Positions 38,697 to 52,010 of a DNA stretch of 64,000 bases are shown piece by piece. The notes beneath the pieces were generated by a model. The model saw only the letters and a list, made by a program, of their open reading frames with translations. It was not told the origin of the DNA and searched no databases. The stretch is from Octopus sinensis (lineage: Eukaryota): NCBI RefSeq assembly GCF_006345805.1, contig NC_042998.1:91140001-91204000 (forward strand). The letters run 5' to 3'. The position numbers and the translations under genes were made by a program. Position 1 is the stretch's first letter. Every line of letters begins with the position of its first letter.

Positions 38697-39489
38697 TATG
38701 CACGTACCGACGTACGTACATACATACATGCATACGGCGTGCTTCAGAACAGTTTCAATTCACCTGTTTCACACACAAGATATTGGTCGACTTGGAGTAA
38801 CAGTAAATGTCTCAGATACCGCGCAGAAGGACCGCACTCGAGACCATTTAGTTGCGGAACAAACTTCTTAACATATCCAACTAAACAGAATTTGAAGTTG
38901 GAAGCGTTAACCATTTAATCCATTTCGCCTGCATCACATATTTCCAGAATGGCTTCCAGATTTGCTTTCCGGTTGTTAAGTACCTCTGCCTCGTGCGAAA
39001 CACACCGGTCTTTCATTGGTATGTGGTGTCTTTTTCTAAACAAATCGTCATAATGCGTGAAAATTCAACTAACCTTTTCGGCTTTGTTATCTAGGTGAGC
39101 TAGGACTTGATGTAATATGATCGTTCCAGCTGTGAATGATAAAGAACTGGTGGTGGGCGGAGGATGGGGAGGAAACTAGTTCAGATAATGAACTAAATAT
39201 CAACAGCCAAAATACCTTCATTAATCCTTTCAGAGGGAGGCAGAGGGGGAGGAGGAGGAGGAGGAGGAGGAGGAGATGATGATGATGATGATGATGATGA
39301 TGAAGAGGAGGGGGAGGATTCACTATGCAGGCTACTCTCAAGACAAGTGGAGATGATGAAGTAAAAGCCATCTGGCTATTATATATTTTCGTATCATTAC
39401 CATTTGCGATAATTATTCCATGTTATGTTGAAATGATAATAATAATCCGTTTTACTTATATAGGCACAAGCCCTGAATAGTTTATTACA

Positions 39490-39645
39490 TCGCCCCCTGC
39501 ACTCAACTGGTGCTTATTTTATCGATCCCGAAAGGATGAAAGGCAAAGTCGACCTCGGCGGGATTCGATCGCAGAACGTAAGAACGGGCGAAATGCCGCT
39601 AAGGGTTTTGCCCGGCGTGTTAACGATTCTGCCAGCTCGCCACCT
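39490..39645 (-). mobile_element. tRNA-headed SINE with central GGTCGACTTTGCCTTTCATCCTTTCGGG.TCGATAAAATAAG domain
   Basis: Head GGCGAGCTGGCAGAATCGTTA. The central domain resembles a conserved metazoan SINE domain (Meta-type, assigned from memory). Copies also at about 34550, 40075, 43885, 47730, 49130, 49420, 49620, 54130, 54440, 55560, 56420, 56785 and 57430. Confidence 0.8.
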
Positions 39646-39883
39646 TAATAATAATAATAATAACGATGGAGTCTTCCGTCGAAGACGACGAATGAGCATT
39701 CAGCTTTTGCCGAACGACCAGCACAAATGATTTGTTTATAGCGATCAAATATTTGTGCCTCACATTAGCTCACTCTCTCCATCAAATCGACGTCGTCTGA
39801 ACACGTGCGCTGTGTACTACTCGCCAGGTGTCGAAGTGATCGCAGATCGTAGAGCAACGTGAGATGAAGTGTTTTGCTCAAGA

Positions 39884-39946
39884 CACTAATATAGCTAGAG
39901 TGTGTGCCGCCCGGGGCCACGCCCCCTCCCCTTAACTACGCTAGTG
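39884..39946. mobile_element. 63-bp miniature TIR element with a perfect 8-bp TSD, inserted in a SINE
   Basis: GCTCAAGA|CACTAATATAGCTAG...TTAACTACGCTAGTG|GCTCAAGA. A related end lies at about 40960-40990. Confidence 0.75.
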
Positions 39947-40246
39947 GCTCAAGAACACAACGCACCTTCCGGACTAAGAATTGAAATCACGATGCTAGAT
40001 CATGGGAGAAACACCCTACTACAGGCATAAGTCCTGATTATTATTATTATTATTTTTTTTTTTTGGTGGTGGGTATAAGCTGATTACATCGACTCCAATA
40101 CTCGACTGGTACTTTTTTCATGGACCCCGAAAAGATGAAAAGCAAAGTCGACCTCGGCAGTATTTGAACTCAGAGCATAAAGACGGACGAAATGCCGCTA
40201 AGCATTTTGCCTTGTGTGCTAACGATTCTGCCAGCTCATCACCTTG

Positions 40247-40299
<53 letters not shown>

Positions 40300-40300
<1 letters not shown>

Positions 40301-40900
40301 TTTTCTTTATTAACCACTAACAGTTTACTAAAGACATTGAGGATGGTACAGAACAATACAATGTGGGGTTACATAAAAAGCTTGTAAAAAGTAAAAAGAA
40401 AAAGCAACAAAATAATTATAACAATGCATAATTCCCCAAGCGATGGAAACTTTCTAGGGTTGCTTGTGGAGACACCACAAAACCATGGATGTCCTGACGA
40501 TTAGAGCAAGTGCCTTCTCCACATCGTTCTCTTTCAACCTACAGGCGCATGCTTAGAGAAATTCACTCGGACCATTCTTTCAACATCCATCCACCTTTTC
40601 ACAAAATTGCTGGTTGGCAGCACTTCCCTTTCTCTCTTCACTTTCATTCTTAAGTGAAACTTGAAAAAGTTGAGGGTTTGGCCAAAAAGCAAGTATCTGT
40701 CTTCAGCCCTTTCAATCTGGTCCACCATACAACCTCTTTAGCTCAGGCCACCAGGCAAAGAAAAACTGCCTGCCTTTCCCTTTGTTGTTTAACTGCAGGT
40801 CAGCCCTATCAAGCATCTATGTTTAAAAGTATTTCCACCTTGTAACATAAACGAGGGAGGACAAGTGGGAGGTATGCGGCCGGCCGTATTTACCGGGTTA
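40300..40900 (-). mobile_element. Tx1/L1-like LINE 3' end with (ATT)n tail
   Basis: AKEVVWWTRLKG and NFFKFHLRMKVKREREVL...FVKRWMDVERMVRV, then AATAAA and (ATT)n. Confidence 0.7.
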
Positions 40901-41096
40901 GCACTTTTGGATCTGCTGAAAAGCCTATATAGGGGCGGCAGCAAACTCAAGGGCTACTGTGAGCGGCACACACTCTAGCTACGCCACTATTTCCGACTAT
41001 GACTACCCTACGAGTTTTATATTTTTGTTTATTGTTAATAATACACCCATCTCATGAGATAAATATAACTGTAAAAATTAACTTGCAAGAGCACGG

Positions 41097-41523
41097 GGAT
41101 CTTTTCGGTTAGAACGGCAGTTTTTTCTAGCGGTGTCATAAGAAATTGTCACCCATAATTATGACCCTAGTATCGATCTATTGCATTTCAATCTGTTTTA
41201 GGGTTAGGGTTAGGGTTAGGGGTGGGGGGAAGAATATCTTTTTTTCTTCACAAATGTTATTTAAACCCAATCTGTTTCTTAAACGAGGGACATATTCATA
41301 CGGCACAGAATGTTTTTTTTTACCTCAATAGACGTCAGTGATTGGTTGAAATTGCAGAAATTGAAGAAAAAAACAACAAATATCTTACAAACTATAGAAT
41401 TTTCTCAATAAAGCCAAGAGAAAAAGATGTTTTATAAACACATTCTACCAGTATACGAAGTTTAAAAGTGTTTAGTTACGTGGAAATTATTTTTAAAAAC
41501 TGCCGTTCAAACCGAAAAGATCC
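41097..41523. mobile_element. MITE with 29-bp TIRs, 8-bp TSD and (TTAGGG)4; Merlin-like termini
   Basis: GAGCACGG|GGATCTTTTCGGTTAGAACGGCAGTTTTT ... AAAAACTGCCGTTCAAACCGAAAAGATCC|GAGCAAGG. Telomeric repeats at 41198-41221. Confidence 0.8.
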
Positions 41524-42147
41524 GAGCAAGGAATTGGAAGTGGATACAAAAAGGTAAAAAAAGATTAATTTTTTTGGACGAAATATTCTTTCACGGAAGG
41601 AAAGATCCACATAATTCCTTGCCCTCATCCTTCTCCATGAAATAGTGGTAGCCTTTTCAAAACTCCGAAGATAAGAGAGTGCACCCAGTTTTCCAAACAG
41701 TATATCATTCTATCCTTTACGTATCTCTTTCTCTTAGATAGTGAGGGCGTGATTAGAGGACGATTTAGCTGCTACTTCTAGCAATCTAAATGACCATACA
41801 GAAAGGTTTCCTTGTTCTGCTGGTTTTTCTTGACCTTTTTTATCTCCCAACGTTGCCAGGGTGTCATGGTGTGTCGTAAATACTATACAAAACAGTACAA
41901 CATAACGAATTAAGTAAACTAACTCATCAAAGACGCTATAAATGTTATGTTGTTTTTATCATAGGTACATGACCTTTACAAATAACCTCACAAAGTTCTA
42001 CAAACGATCGTATATATCATCTGGCAGGTCTACTAAATGAAGGACATTCATGTAAATCACATACTTCGACAAAGATTACTCTACGGTAATCATTTTCCCC
42101 CTTTCATCTTATATTTAAAGATTACGATAGTCGCAACTAGTTAAACT

Positions 42148-42198
<51 letters not shown>

Positions 42199-42324
42199 TA
42201 TAATACACACACACACACGTTATGTGCTATACTTTCACAAGAAGGATACTGTCACCTTTCTTGCCAAAGTATATTAAATATATAATAAATCTCTGAACGA
42301 GATATAAACAGTAACCGCTCGACA

Positions 42325-42635
42325 ACGTAAAGTGTACTAGCCATCTGAATGGTAAGCATGGTAAGCACCGGTCTTCGATGAAGGAGTCCCCCTGCAAATA
42401 ATATATAACGTTTAATATATACCATGCGTTGACGAGAGGCAATTACCTTGAAACTATAGTCCGTATGTAGTACTTAGGTCTTCGAGGGAGGATGACCTCC
42501 CTTTGCAAATAACACAAGGGCACTGAGATAGTGTCTGAAGTCCATCTGGTGACGTTGATCGCCTGGGGCTAAAAGCATCAGTAACACCCCACCCCCAGTG
42601 GCTAGCCACATTCAGATGGCTAGTACACCTTACGT
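42325..42635. mobile_element. MITE with 27-bp TIRs
   Basis: ACGTAAAGTGTACTAGCCATCTGAATG ... CATTCAGATGGCTAGTACACCTTACGT, with an internal duplicated GGTCTTCGA...TGCAAATAA motif. Confidence 0.75.
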
Positions 42636-43761
42636 ATATTAAATATATACTCTAGAAAAATGTAGAATGTAAGACTGCCCTCCGGACGGCTTTCTGCTAG
42701 TTGCTAAATGATATTTACACATTTGATTCCCAACCTGTGTAACGTCTAATTTTTCTTCGAATCCCCTATTCGTTTGATAGTACTTACTCACTTAATAAAT
42801 TTGGGCATCACTGCAGAAATGTGCCCTGCCGAAATCGTTTCTTTATAGCTTTCTGAAAATTGAACATTCATTAATGAATGTTTTTACAAATGCGTTTCAA
42901 ATGCTGGAGGTTACAAATGTATCAGAATTTGAGCTGAAAAGTTTTTTGGGAAAGGAGTTTTGGATAATTCACACGCCTCAATTTTGTTTCTTCATAGTTT
43001 TCTGAAAAATGGTTACTTTTTGATAAAATTTTCTTCAGATAACTTCCAGATGGGTTAAGTTACTATTATATAAGAATTTAATGTAGAAAGAAAAGGACGG
43101 GATGGATATTTCATGCATCTTGATTTTGTTACCTCATCGTTTTGATGATAGAATTACAGCCCTGTTGAAAAAAGTTGTTTTGAGCCCCATGTGATCACTG
43201 CTATTTCTAGCATACTAAGCGACGACGAAGGGATCGGATCACCTACCAGTGTATTTAAAAGAGAGGAAGTAAGATTGCAAAGCTAACTTCACCACACAAC
43301 CATACCTGTGCCTATATGCTAACCATTTTCTAGGTTTAATCAGTCTAAACGTTATAACATCTGTCTTTCGCGAAATCAACAAGTTACGCCACAATTACTT
43401 TCAGTTTTTAATCTGTAGTTTTCATATAACGCTAATTTGACTTCTGACAACATATCCCCGGTTCTGTTAAAATATATTCGAGGCTGATTAGGATATTTAA
43501 TGCCAGCGTTCAGAGATACATTCCAATCAACATTACAATAACAAACACACTTGATAGAAACTGTTGTAAAATATAGTGAGGCACCGTTAAGATAATTCTA
43601 AACAATCTATTTTAGTGTGAACATATTCTTTACTGGAAAGATCTGTGGAGTATACTAAGGTTTCTATTTTTCTACTCCCCAACACCTAATACTAAATCTA
43701 ATATACACACATCTACCTACATATATACATAACACACATGCATATACAGACATACATACCC

Positions 43762-43864
<103 letters not shown>

Positions 43865-44111
43865 TACATATAGTACATATATTTAAGGCAGCGAGCTGGC
43901 AGATCGTTTGCACACCGGGCGAAATGCTCAGTCTGCCGTTACGTTTTGAGTTCAAATTCCGCCGAGGTCGCCTTTGCCTTTCATCCTTTCAGGGTCGATT
44001 AAATAAGTACCAGTTACGCACTGTGGTCGATGTAATCGACTTAATCCCTTTGTTTGTCTCCTCTGTGTTTAGCCTCCTGTGGACAATAAAGAAATATATA
44101 TTTACATGCAG

Positions 44112-44790
44112 ATGTATGTATGTATGTATGTATGTATGTATGTATGTATGTATGTTCTTTTCTACTTTTAATTATTTTACTTCTTCCTGTGAAGAAGGAG
44201 CTGGTTTCTGACAAAAATACAAAGCTCCAAACTATGCAAGACTTTTTTCAAGTCTTGCATAGTTTTACCGTTCCACTTACAGATCATATTTGTAATATGT
44301 GAGTCAGTTGGTTGAATTCTTTTTCTAAAAATCCAACCTTATCCAGACTGGCAGTTAGGCATTTTCTTACAAAATCAAGTACACCAGTTATTATGGCTAT
44401 AAATATAAACTTATAATCCAGGTATAGAAGCTGGAGGTTTCGAAACAGTTGTCCTTAGTTATCTTTTGTCTCTTTGGCTTTCATAGAGACATTCACATCA
44501 GTAGGGCAGTTGACCTCTATAACGGTGCATGCTCTTTCTTGACAGTCCCAAAGAACAATATCCGGCCTGTTATACTTACACTTGACAGTTGTTCTGATGG
44601 GAATGTTCCACCAACATTCTTTGAGCAGATATTTGTGTACGTATTCAATAACAGGGGGACAGGAATCAAATCTACATATTACACCTCCTCTGCTCATTAC
44701 CTTTGCACCTTGAAAAAAGGTGCGAGACCCTTGGAAAAAAGTTTGTTTAAACTTGTTCTCTGCATTCACGGAAGAACGTTGCAATTATCC
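44112..44790 (-). mobile_element. R4/Dong-like LINE 3' end with restriction-like endonuclease domain and (TACA)n tail
   Basis: CKYNRPDIVLWDCQERACTVIEVNCPTDVNVSMKAKETKDN shows the PD..D/E RLE motif. The downstream C-terminus is similar to 36700-36918. Confidence 0.85.
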
Positions 44791-45928
44791 CCGAGAGAAA
44801 AAAAAGAAAAGAAAACTTGTTAAAAACTGAATTTAATATAGAATATTGCGTCATTTGGAATGACCAAATGTCGCTAAGACATATCTCTGAGAAGTTAAAC
44901 TCTTAAATGACTCCAGTTTCTATTGTTATACTTTCTTATATAAAAACTTAGTATGCATAACAACATAAGTTATTCAGTGATTAATGCAGTATTTTCCAAT
45001 ACTTACTTTATTTGCAAACATAAATTATGCGGTCGTTCATTCTTCTAGAAATATCAGTCAAACACCTTCAAGCCACACTTTAACGTGTTTTTTAAATTCT
45101 TTTTTAATAAGAAAATATTAGACAATGTAGTCTTTAAATGCACTAAAAAATGGGAACACTTTTGATAATAGGGTCTGATCAATCAGAACAGATTTGAGGG
45201 TCGACAACAACAACAGAGAAAAATATTTGAGTGGAAAGCAGGAAATATTAGAGATATTTTGGCTGAAAGACTAATTGTTAGACTTCCCCTTCTCTGCCAT
45301 TTCGTAGCAGATTTTTTTTTTAAAGAGAGGAAACAGAATCGCAATGGCGGACACTGAAGCGTAACAGCTTTTGTGCTGTTGGTCTCCTTTTACAGTTGGT
45401 ATCAAATTCTTGGCTGATTTTGAAGGAATGTCCATTTTGAGTTGGCTTCAGATACTAAAAACACTAGCAAAAAGGTTATCTATATATCGGTAAACATATA
45501 AGAAAGCCTGCAAACGTATATATCCGGTCACTAATTGGAGAAAAAATATATTATTGTGTTTTAATAGAAGTAGTATTATGTCTGTAGTACTGAATATCAG
45601 GAAAATAATACTACTTCTGTGCAATTAAAAACTTATAAAGATTTACAAAAAAACAATCCTAGTAAGTATGCCTGTTAAAGAGACGAATTAGATGCGCACT
45701 AAGAGTTATTTTTAAACGTGAATAAAATATAATGCTTAGTTTCTAACTTAAGACGTGTTGTTTCCGTTGGTTAAGGTATCATATTGTAGAATTAATATCT
45801 ACGTTATGTTAATGACAGTAGAATACTACACCAGTTAAGAAACACAGACGCTGAATAAGAATTAATGAGTTAATCTTTTTATTTCGAATATGATGTCTCA
45901 ATTCTGTCTGTTGCAATTTTCCTCATCC

Positions 45929-45994
<66 letters not shown>

Positions 45995-46000
45995 ATGATG

Positions 46001-46051
<51 letters not shown>

Positions 46052-46063
46052 TTAATAATAATA
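45929..46063. repeat. (ATT)n directly followed by (AAT)n (microsatellite palindrome)
   Basis: Direct reading. Confidence 0.9.
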
Positions 46064-46613
46064 AATGCCTTGATGTAGTACTAGGCAGTGGCTCTCGCGG
46101 TTTCTGATCTTAACTGATTAGAAGTGTTATGTACATTGTTTTGTCTTGGTGTAAAAGATGGGCTACAGCAAATATTCTGCTCAATACCACAGATTTGCTT
46201 GTCAGTTGTTTGACCATAACCAGTTGACCATGCCCCTTAGTGGCTGACGATATGTGCATCTCTGACCACGAGCAGAAGTAGTGGGGGAGCATCACAGCCA
46301 TGTATTGAGAGGGATTCTTCAGGAAACATGGGTGTTTCGTTCAACATCCTTAAACAACCCTTATTCGGGGACTTTTTGAACGGGATGGGTTACTCGACCC
46401 GAAGAAAATTCTAACTGGGCCCCACCTGCAAGGTCATGCGCTGTTTATCTTGATATGAGATCACCATGTCGTGCAGATATGGTTGTGATGCATGTGCCTA
46501 GTGTACCCTTATCAGACGGGTAGTCATGATGGGTATACTGGGCTTCATATATTTTACCCCAGTGTCGCTTTGATGGCATACACTGCTCTCTCACTCAATA
46601 ATAATAATAATAA
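46064..46613 (+). repeat. Unclassified ~550-bp GC-richer block ending in (AAT)n; probable non-autonomous retroelement or LINE UTR
   Basis: Distinct composition, bounded by (AAT)n tracts on both sides, no ORF. Confidence 0.4.
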
Positions 46614-46900
46614 TGTTGGAAGAATGGCCAGTGTGAAAGAACCAACTCTGAGCGTGCACCTGTAAAAAAAAAAGAGGGCTCTTGCCCTGTTGATCAGGCA
46701 CCCGTGGCTTTTGTAGGGTTCTCCACGATGACCTTAAAGCGCCTTCCCTATTGGGAGTTTTAATTTGTTCAATTTTGATTGTTATTTATATTGTGTACTT
46801 GCGGAAAGCCCATTGTATCGTCCTGGTTTTGTCTTATATGTTGTTGCATGTCCTTTAATATTATTGTATATGAGTCCCTGTGGCTAATAAAAGAATAAAT
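46614..46900 (+). mobile_element. Tx1/L1-like 3' end (second copy)
   Basis: GTTGGAAGAATGGCC..GTGAA and AGGGCTCTTGCCCTG..TCAGG..CCGTGG align with the reverse complement of about 40490-40585. AATAAA then (ATT)n. Confidence 0.6.
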
Positions 46901-46914
46901 TATTATTATTATTA

Positions 46915-46947
<33 letters not shown>

Positions 46948-47244
46948 GATATTTTATTAGTTGAACGATATTTCAACAGTACGTCTGTCTTTGTCAAGTT
47001 CAAAATAAGAAGTGATAAAAATTCAAAATTACAGAAATTTAAACGTAAAGTATGAACGAGAGCAACCAGCGTCCACACGTTGATGGAATAACATCATCAG
47101 TTTTTATCACTTCTTATTTTGAACTTGACAAAGACAGACGAACTGTTGAAATATCGTTCAACTAATAAAATATCTTACAATCGAATCGCGCTCTTCGTCT
47201 TGACTGTTTACCTTTGTGAAGAGTTACGTCAATCTTTTTTAAAA

Positions 47245-47371
<127 letters not shown>

Positions 47372-47909
47372 GTTGTTGTTGTTGTAGTTAAATTTCTTGT
47401 TAGTCTGTCAGGAAAGTTGAGATTTCATCCTAACGTTACTCAGTGGTGGTAACGTAAGTTTTGATCTCCCTGTGTGGTAGCCAAATTAGCTGCTTCTTTA
47501 CTTAAACGTAGCATATCTTCGACTGCAACAAATACTCGTACATGAAGTGACCGCCCTGTGCGTGTCGTACATCACAAGCTAAATAAACACTGTATTTATT
47601 TCTTGATTTGCGCAAGAAAATTTTCAGCTAGATTTGAAGAAAATAGTTATGGTAAATTATAATTTTATAAATTCCTATATAACTTTTAACAAATTCGTCG
47701 TCCTGTTAAAAACCATTCTAATATAGAATCGTTAGCATGCAGGGTGAAATGCATAGCGGCATTTCGTCCGTTTAAGTTCAAATTCCGTCGACTCCACTTT
47801 GCCTTTCAGCCTTTCGTGGTCGATAAAATAAGTACCAATTGAGTACTGTGGTCGATCTAATCGGCTTACCCCATCCCTCGAAATTGCTGGCCTTGAGTCA
47901 AAATTTCAA

Positions 47910-48150
47910 AAAGTGCTAAAGGATAACGGCTATCCAAAGTTCTTTGCAATAAACCCACTGATAAGGTTAATACCATCAACGGCTGTACTTTCTCTTAAAA
48001 GCTGTCGCATTTTAAAAATAAAATAAATTCCCGTCTAGAAATCGGTCCCCTCACGGCAAGATACTAGACACAACAATTTTCACTGTGTCACACGTAGCAC
48101 GCAATAACTGCAGCAAATTCTACATTGCAAACTGCAAACCCGCGAAAAAA
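47910..48150 (+). mobile_element. Possible Penelope-like C-terminal/GIY-YIG remnant
   Basis: KVLKDNGYP, and later NNCSKFYIAN resembling C..C.K.YIG. Heavily frameshifted. Confidence 0.4.
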
Positions 48151-50477
48151 AACCCAAAATAAAAAAAAAACATACGAAAACTTCTTCAGTTAGAAAAAAG
48201 ATCTGGAGAGATGTCGTAACCAAGACATCAAAACCACTGAAAAGAATGTAGAAAATTTGAGAACTAAAGAGATCACTTCACTGGAGTTGTTAGGCGTTTG
48301 CTGGGATGCGAACTACTTCCTGGGGAGGTAACACTTTCAAGAGGTAACGTCAAAATACCTATTAAAATAGTTTTAGCGCAGAAACATGCTGTTATTTACT
48401 CTTCATCTTTGAATATTGCTGTTTTACTGTCGGAAGGTAATGAATTAGCAACTTCTTACAAAGAAAAACAAATTGTTTTACTTCTGGAAAAGTTTACCAC
48501 AATAGAAAGTATTATCCTGCATGAATGGCTATTTGCAGTTTCTGCCAAAAGAAAGCAGATTTTATTAAAATATGTGAATCGAAGTTTTTATGAAACCATC
48601 TTCAGATACATATACTCCATGCTTTTTAGTCAATATTTATTTATTGCTGTAGAGGACTGAAATATTAGTTTCAAGTTTTGACACAAGGCCAGCAAGTTTG
48701 TGGGAGGAAGTAAGTCAATTTCATCGTTCAACTGGTACTTATTTTATCAGTCCCGAAAGGATGGAAAGCTAAGTCGTCCTTTCGGCATCATCTCCGAGAG
48801 AAGGCGGCTAGGAAAACAAAACATTCACTGAGATAGAAGAGAGGGATGGTGAAAGACAAAGACTAACGCAATTAGTAAGCGAGGGAGTGAGAAAAATAAG
48901 GAAGAAAGCGGGGAAGATCGATCTGTAACTAAGATCGAATTGCGAAGCTATAGGAATCTATCTATAAAGCATCACATCATATTTAAGATATAGGAAGCCA
49001 TTTATGAATAAAACCTCACCATCGTAGTTAAGATACAGAAATCTATAAACGTCTCAAAATTGTAGCAATCACAGAAAAAAAAAAAAGGCGACATTTCTGA
49101 TTTTGAAATAATAGCAAATGACTTAAACATGCCGGAATTTGAACTCAGAACGAAAAGACAGACGAAATGCCGCTAAACATTTTTGCCAGGCGTGCAACCG
49201 GCTCTGCAAGCTCGCCGCCTATAAGGTACCGATATATTATATAGTTTTTTGTCGTGTTTTCACGATCGTTTTCTTTGGCCTTTTTGTGTCTCATAGTTTT
49301 ATTTTTTCAGTTGACTTCAATATTATGGTAATTAATATCTGTGAACCTGTTTGATCAAGTCTGTTTGAGAATGAAGTAGTAATTAAGGCCAGGAAGTTCT
49401 GAATTAGCTGAAATGAGCTTGCAGAATCGTTAGAGTATCGGGATTAAATGCTTTGCAGTATTTGTTCCAGTTCTTCACTTTCTGAGTCAACTTTGTCTTT
49501 CATACTTCCGGAATCGATAAAATAAAGTACCAGTCAAGTACTGGGGTCGATGCAAAGGATAGAGCTCCTTCCCCTAAAATTGCTGGCCTTGTACCAAACT
49601 TGGAAATTTATAGAATTTGTTAAAGGCAGCGGATTGACGGAATGATTAGAGTAGCAGAAAAAATACTTTGCTGCACTTGTTTCGGCTCTCTACGTTCTGG
49701 TTTCAAATTTCGCCTAAGTCAACTTTGCCATTCACCCCTCCAAGATCGAGTAAATAAAATAACTTCTCCTTTAAAATAAATCGGGAATTATTTAATAGGA
49801 TTGTTTTAATGAGTTAAATATCGAGTTACAGAGATTTTTAAAAATATATTGTCGATTTGCGAATATTTAACCATTTGACCATATAACTACAGACACACAT
49901 ACACAAGATTTAATCGATATACTTAGTTTCTTGACACATTGTGTTTGTGGTAGTTATATGCCAGCGCAAGTCTGTAACCATTTGGAGTTTTCGTCCGCGA
50001 CTAGTCAAAGAGATTCATAAATGTGCGTTACTGTTTTTGAGCACTGCAGCAGAAAGACCAATGGTATACGGAAGAGAAAAGAAATATGCGCAGGATGAGA
50101 GAGGGTAGGGACCGAAATAGGGAGGAGAAAACAAGAGAGAGAGAGAGTGAAAGGTAAATAGAATAAGAGTGAGAGAGACCAGGGTGAGAGTAAAAAGTAA
50201 TAGAAATATACATAGAAGCCTATGAGAGCAACAATATCAAAAAAGAAAGAAAAAAGAGAAAGAAAGAAGATAACATTTTTATTTTTTTTATTTTATTTAA
50301 GTGAATAAATAAAATGAAGAAAGAGCCGTTATACAATGGCATGGGCTGACTGCAATTTGCAGATAAACTGGATCCTTCTGCGTCATAAAGAGTTGAGTGA
50401 AATCTTTTGCTATCTTTAAACAATCCGACCGAAATAAGCTGCGTAAAAGAAGCTTTATAGCATATCGAGTTACAGAG

Positions 50478-50531
<54 letters not shown>

Positions 50532-50750
50532 ACACATACACACACACACACACACACACAAGAAAGTACTAGAATAGCAACAACTGGTCGGGACCAGTTA
50601 CTCACTGCTTTAAAGTGGTAACACCACACTTGCCAGAATTCTTTACCTGCTGGAAATCATTTTGATGTTCATTAAAAACACTGTCAAAAATAAATATGCG
50701 TATTATAAACAATGTATCGCAATTATATATGTATATACTTAGAATCTGGT

Positions 50751-50781
<31 letters not shown>

Positions 50782-50811
50782 TACATACATACATACATAC
50801 ACATATGTATG

Positions 50812-50845
<34 letters not shown>

Positions 50846-51759
50846 TGTATGTATGTATGTATGTATGTATGTATACTCACACACATGTATGCGCGAACAT
50901 ATATATTTGTACACAGACACACACATATAGCAACACAGATGTACACACATTTGTGTGTGTGATTCACTCCATCCAATATAGAAAAATAAAAAAAGAAAAA
51001 AGGAGCAGAATCTACCACGGGATTCCAGACATGTATCTACCACTTGCAAGGTGACTATGTTAAAGATTATACTAAATAACCCCCTCAATGAATTTGACTA
51101 ATGAAATAAATTAGTGTACACCATTTTTAATATATTTTTGCTGGGTAAGCTTAACAATCTAGTCTTCCCTCATATCCCTTGAGAATCACAAAGAATTTAG
51201 CAGCGACATAACTATCAGCAGACAGGCTATATCAGTCAGCATCTAACATCACCAGAAGTACGCCGAAATTCTTCTATAGAAACTATTTTCAATTACAACT
51301 GTCATAAGAATTAAGCGTACAGTAGAGGTAATGTTACATATGTGTTTTTGAAAGTATTATCACATTTGTAATGCGAATGGAAAATATCGCTGAGATGAAA
51401 GGAAAGGTAGCAATATGCTTGGGGAGTAACCTGCTGAGTAGAGATACGCCAAATCGATATCTCGTTCAACTGAAACGCAAGAGCCGGTTTCTACTCTGGA
51501 AAAGAGCTGCCAAATGCTGATACAAATATACTCAAGGGAATGATTGTCATAGATAGTGAGTTACCAAAGAAGTAACAGAAATATACTCCATACGCATGCA
51601 CAAGATTTATGTAGGCTCTGCATGATATGCGCGCAAGATGAATTGAGTCCTGCATCAAGTGTGTGCAAGCGATTCGCATGGTATGTTTACTTTCGTGCAA
51701 GTGAGTCTGTAGAAAGTCTATCCATCGATCTTCTCCGCCCACTATTCCTGAGCGGATCG

Positions 51760-52010
51760 TTGTGGTAGGGTCCTCAGGCACCCCCACCATTGGGCCCTCC
51801 CTATCAGAAACAACCGTCATTATACTTTCCGGCTGGCTTCCCAAGCGTGACCAATCACATGCCCATAATATAGAAGCTGTGACTTCTTAATGTGGAGAAA
51901 TAACGGCTCGACCGGGAGAGATTCTCTGATCTCCAAGCTAGTCAAGTGAACGAGCAATTGTGTTAGTGTTTCTGTAAACGCGTGCAGGATTACCTTTCTG
52001 TCTTCCACAC
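51760..52010 (-). mobile_element. RTE LINE 3' fragment
   Basis: LEIRESLPVEPLFLHIKKSQLLYYGHV. Confidence 0.65.

Noticed and set aside
39087-39371. Poly-His/Leu ORF, or an acidic E/D tract on the opposite strand
   Set aside because: Adjacent (GGA)n and (GAT)n microsatellites; the acidic reading does not stay in one frame.
38562-41221. Telomere or chromosome fusion site
   Set aside because: The tracts are only 4-5 units, lie 2.6 kb apart and are internal to TIR elements.
48298-48660. 120-aa + strand ORF
   Set aside because: Non-ATG start, no recognisable domain and no convincing splice boundaries. A blastp would settle it.
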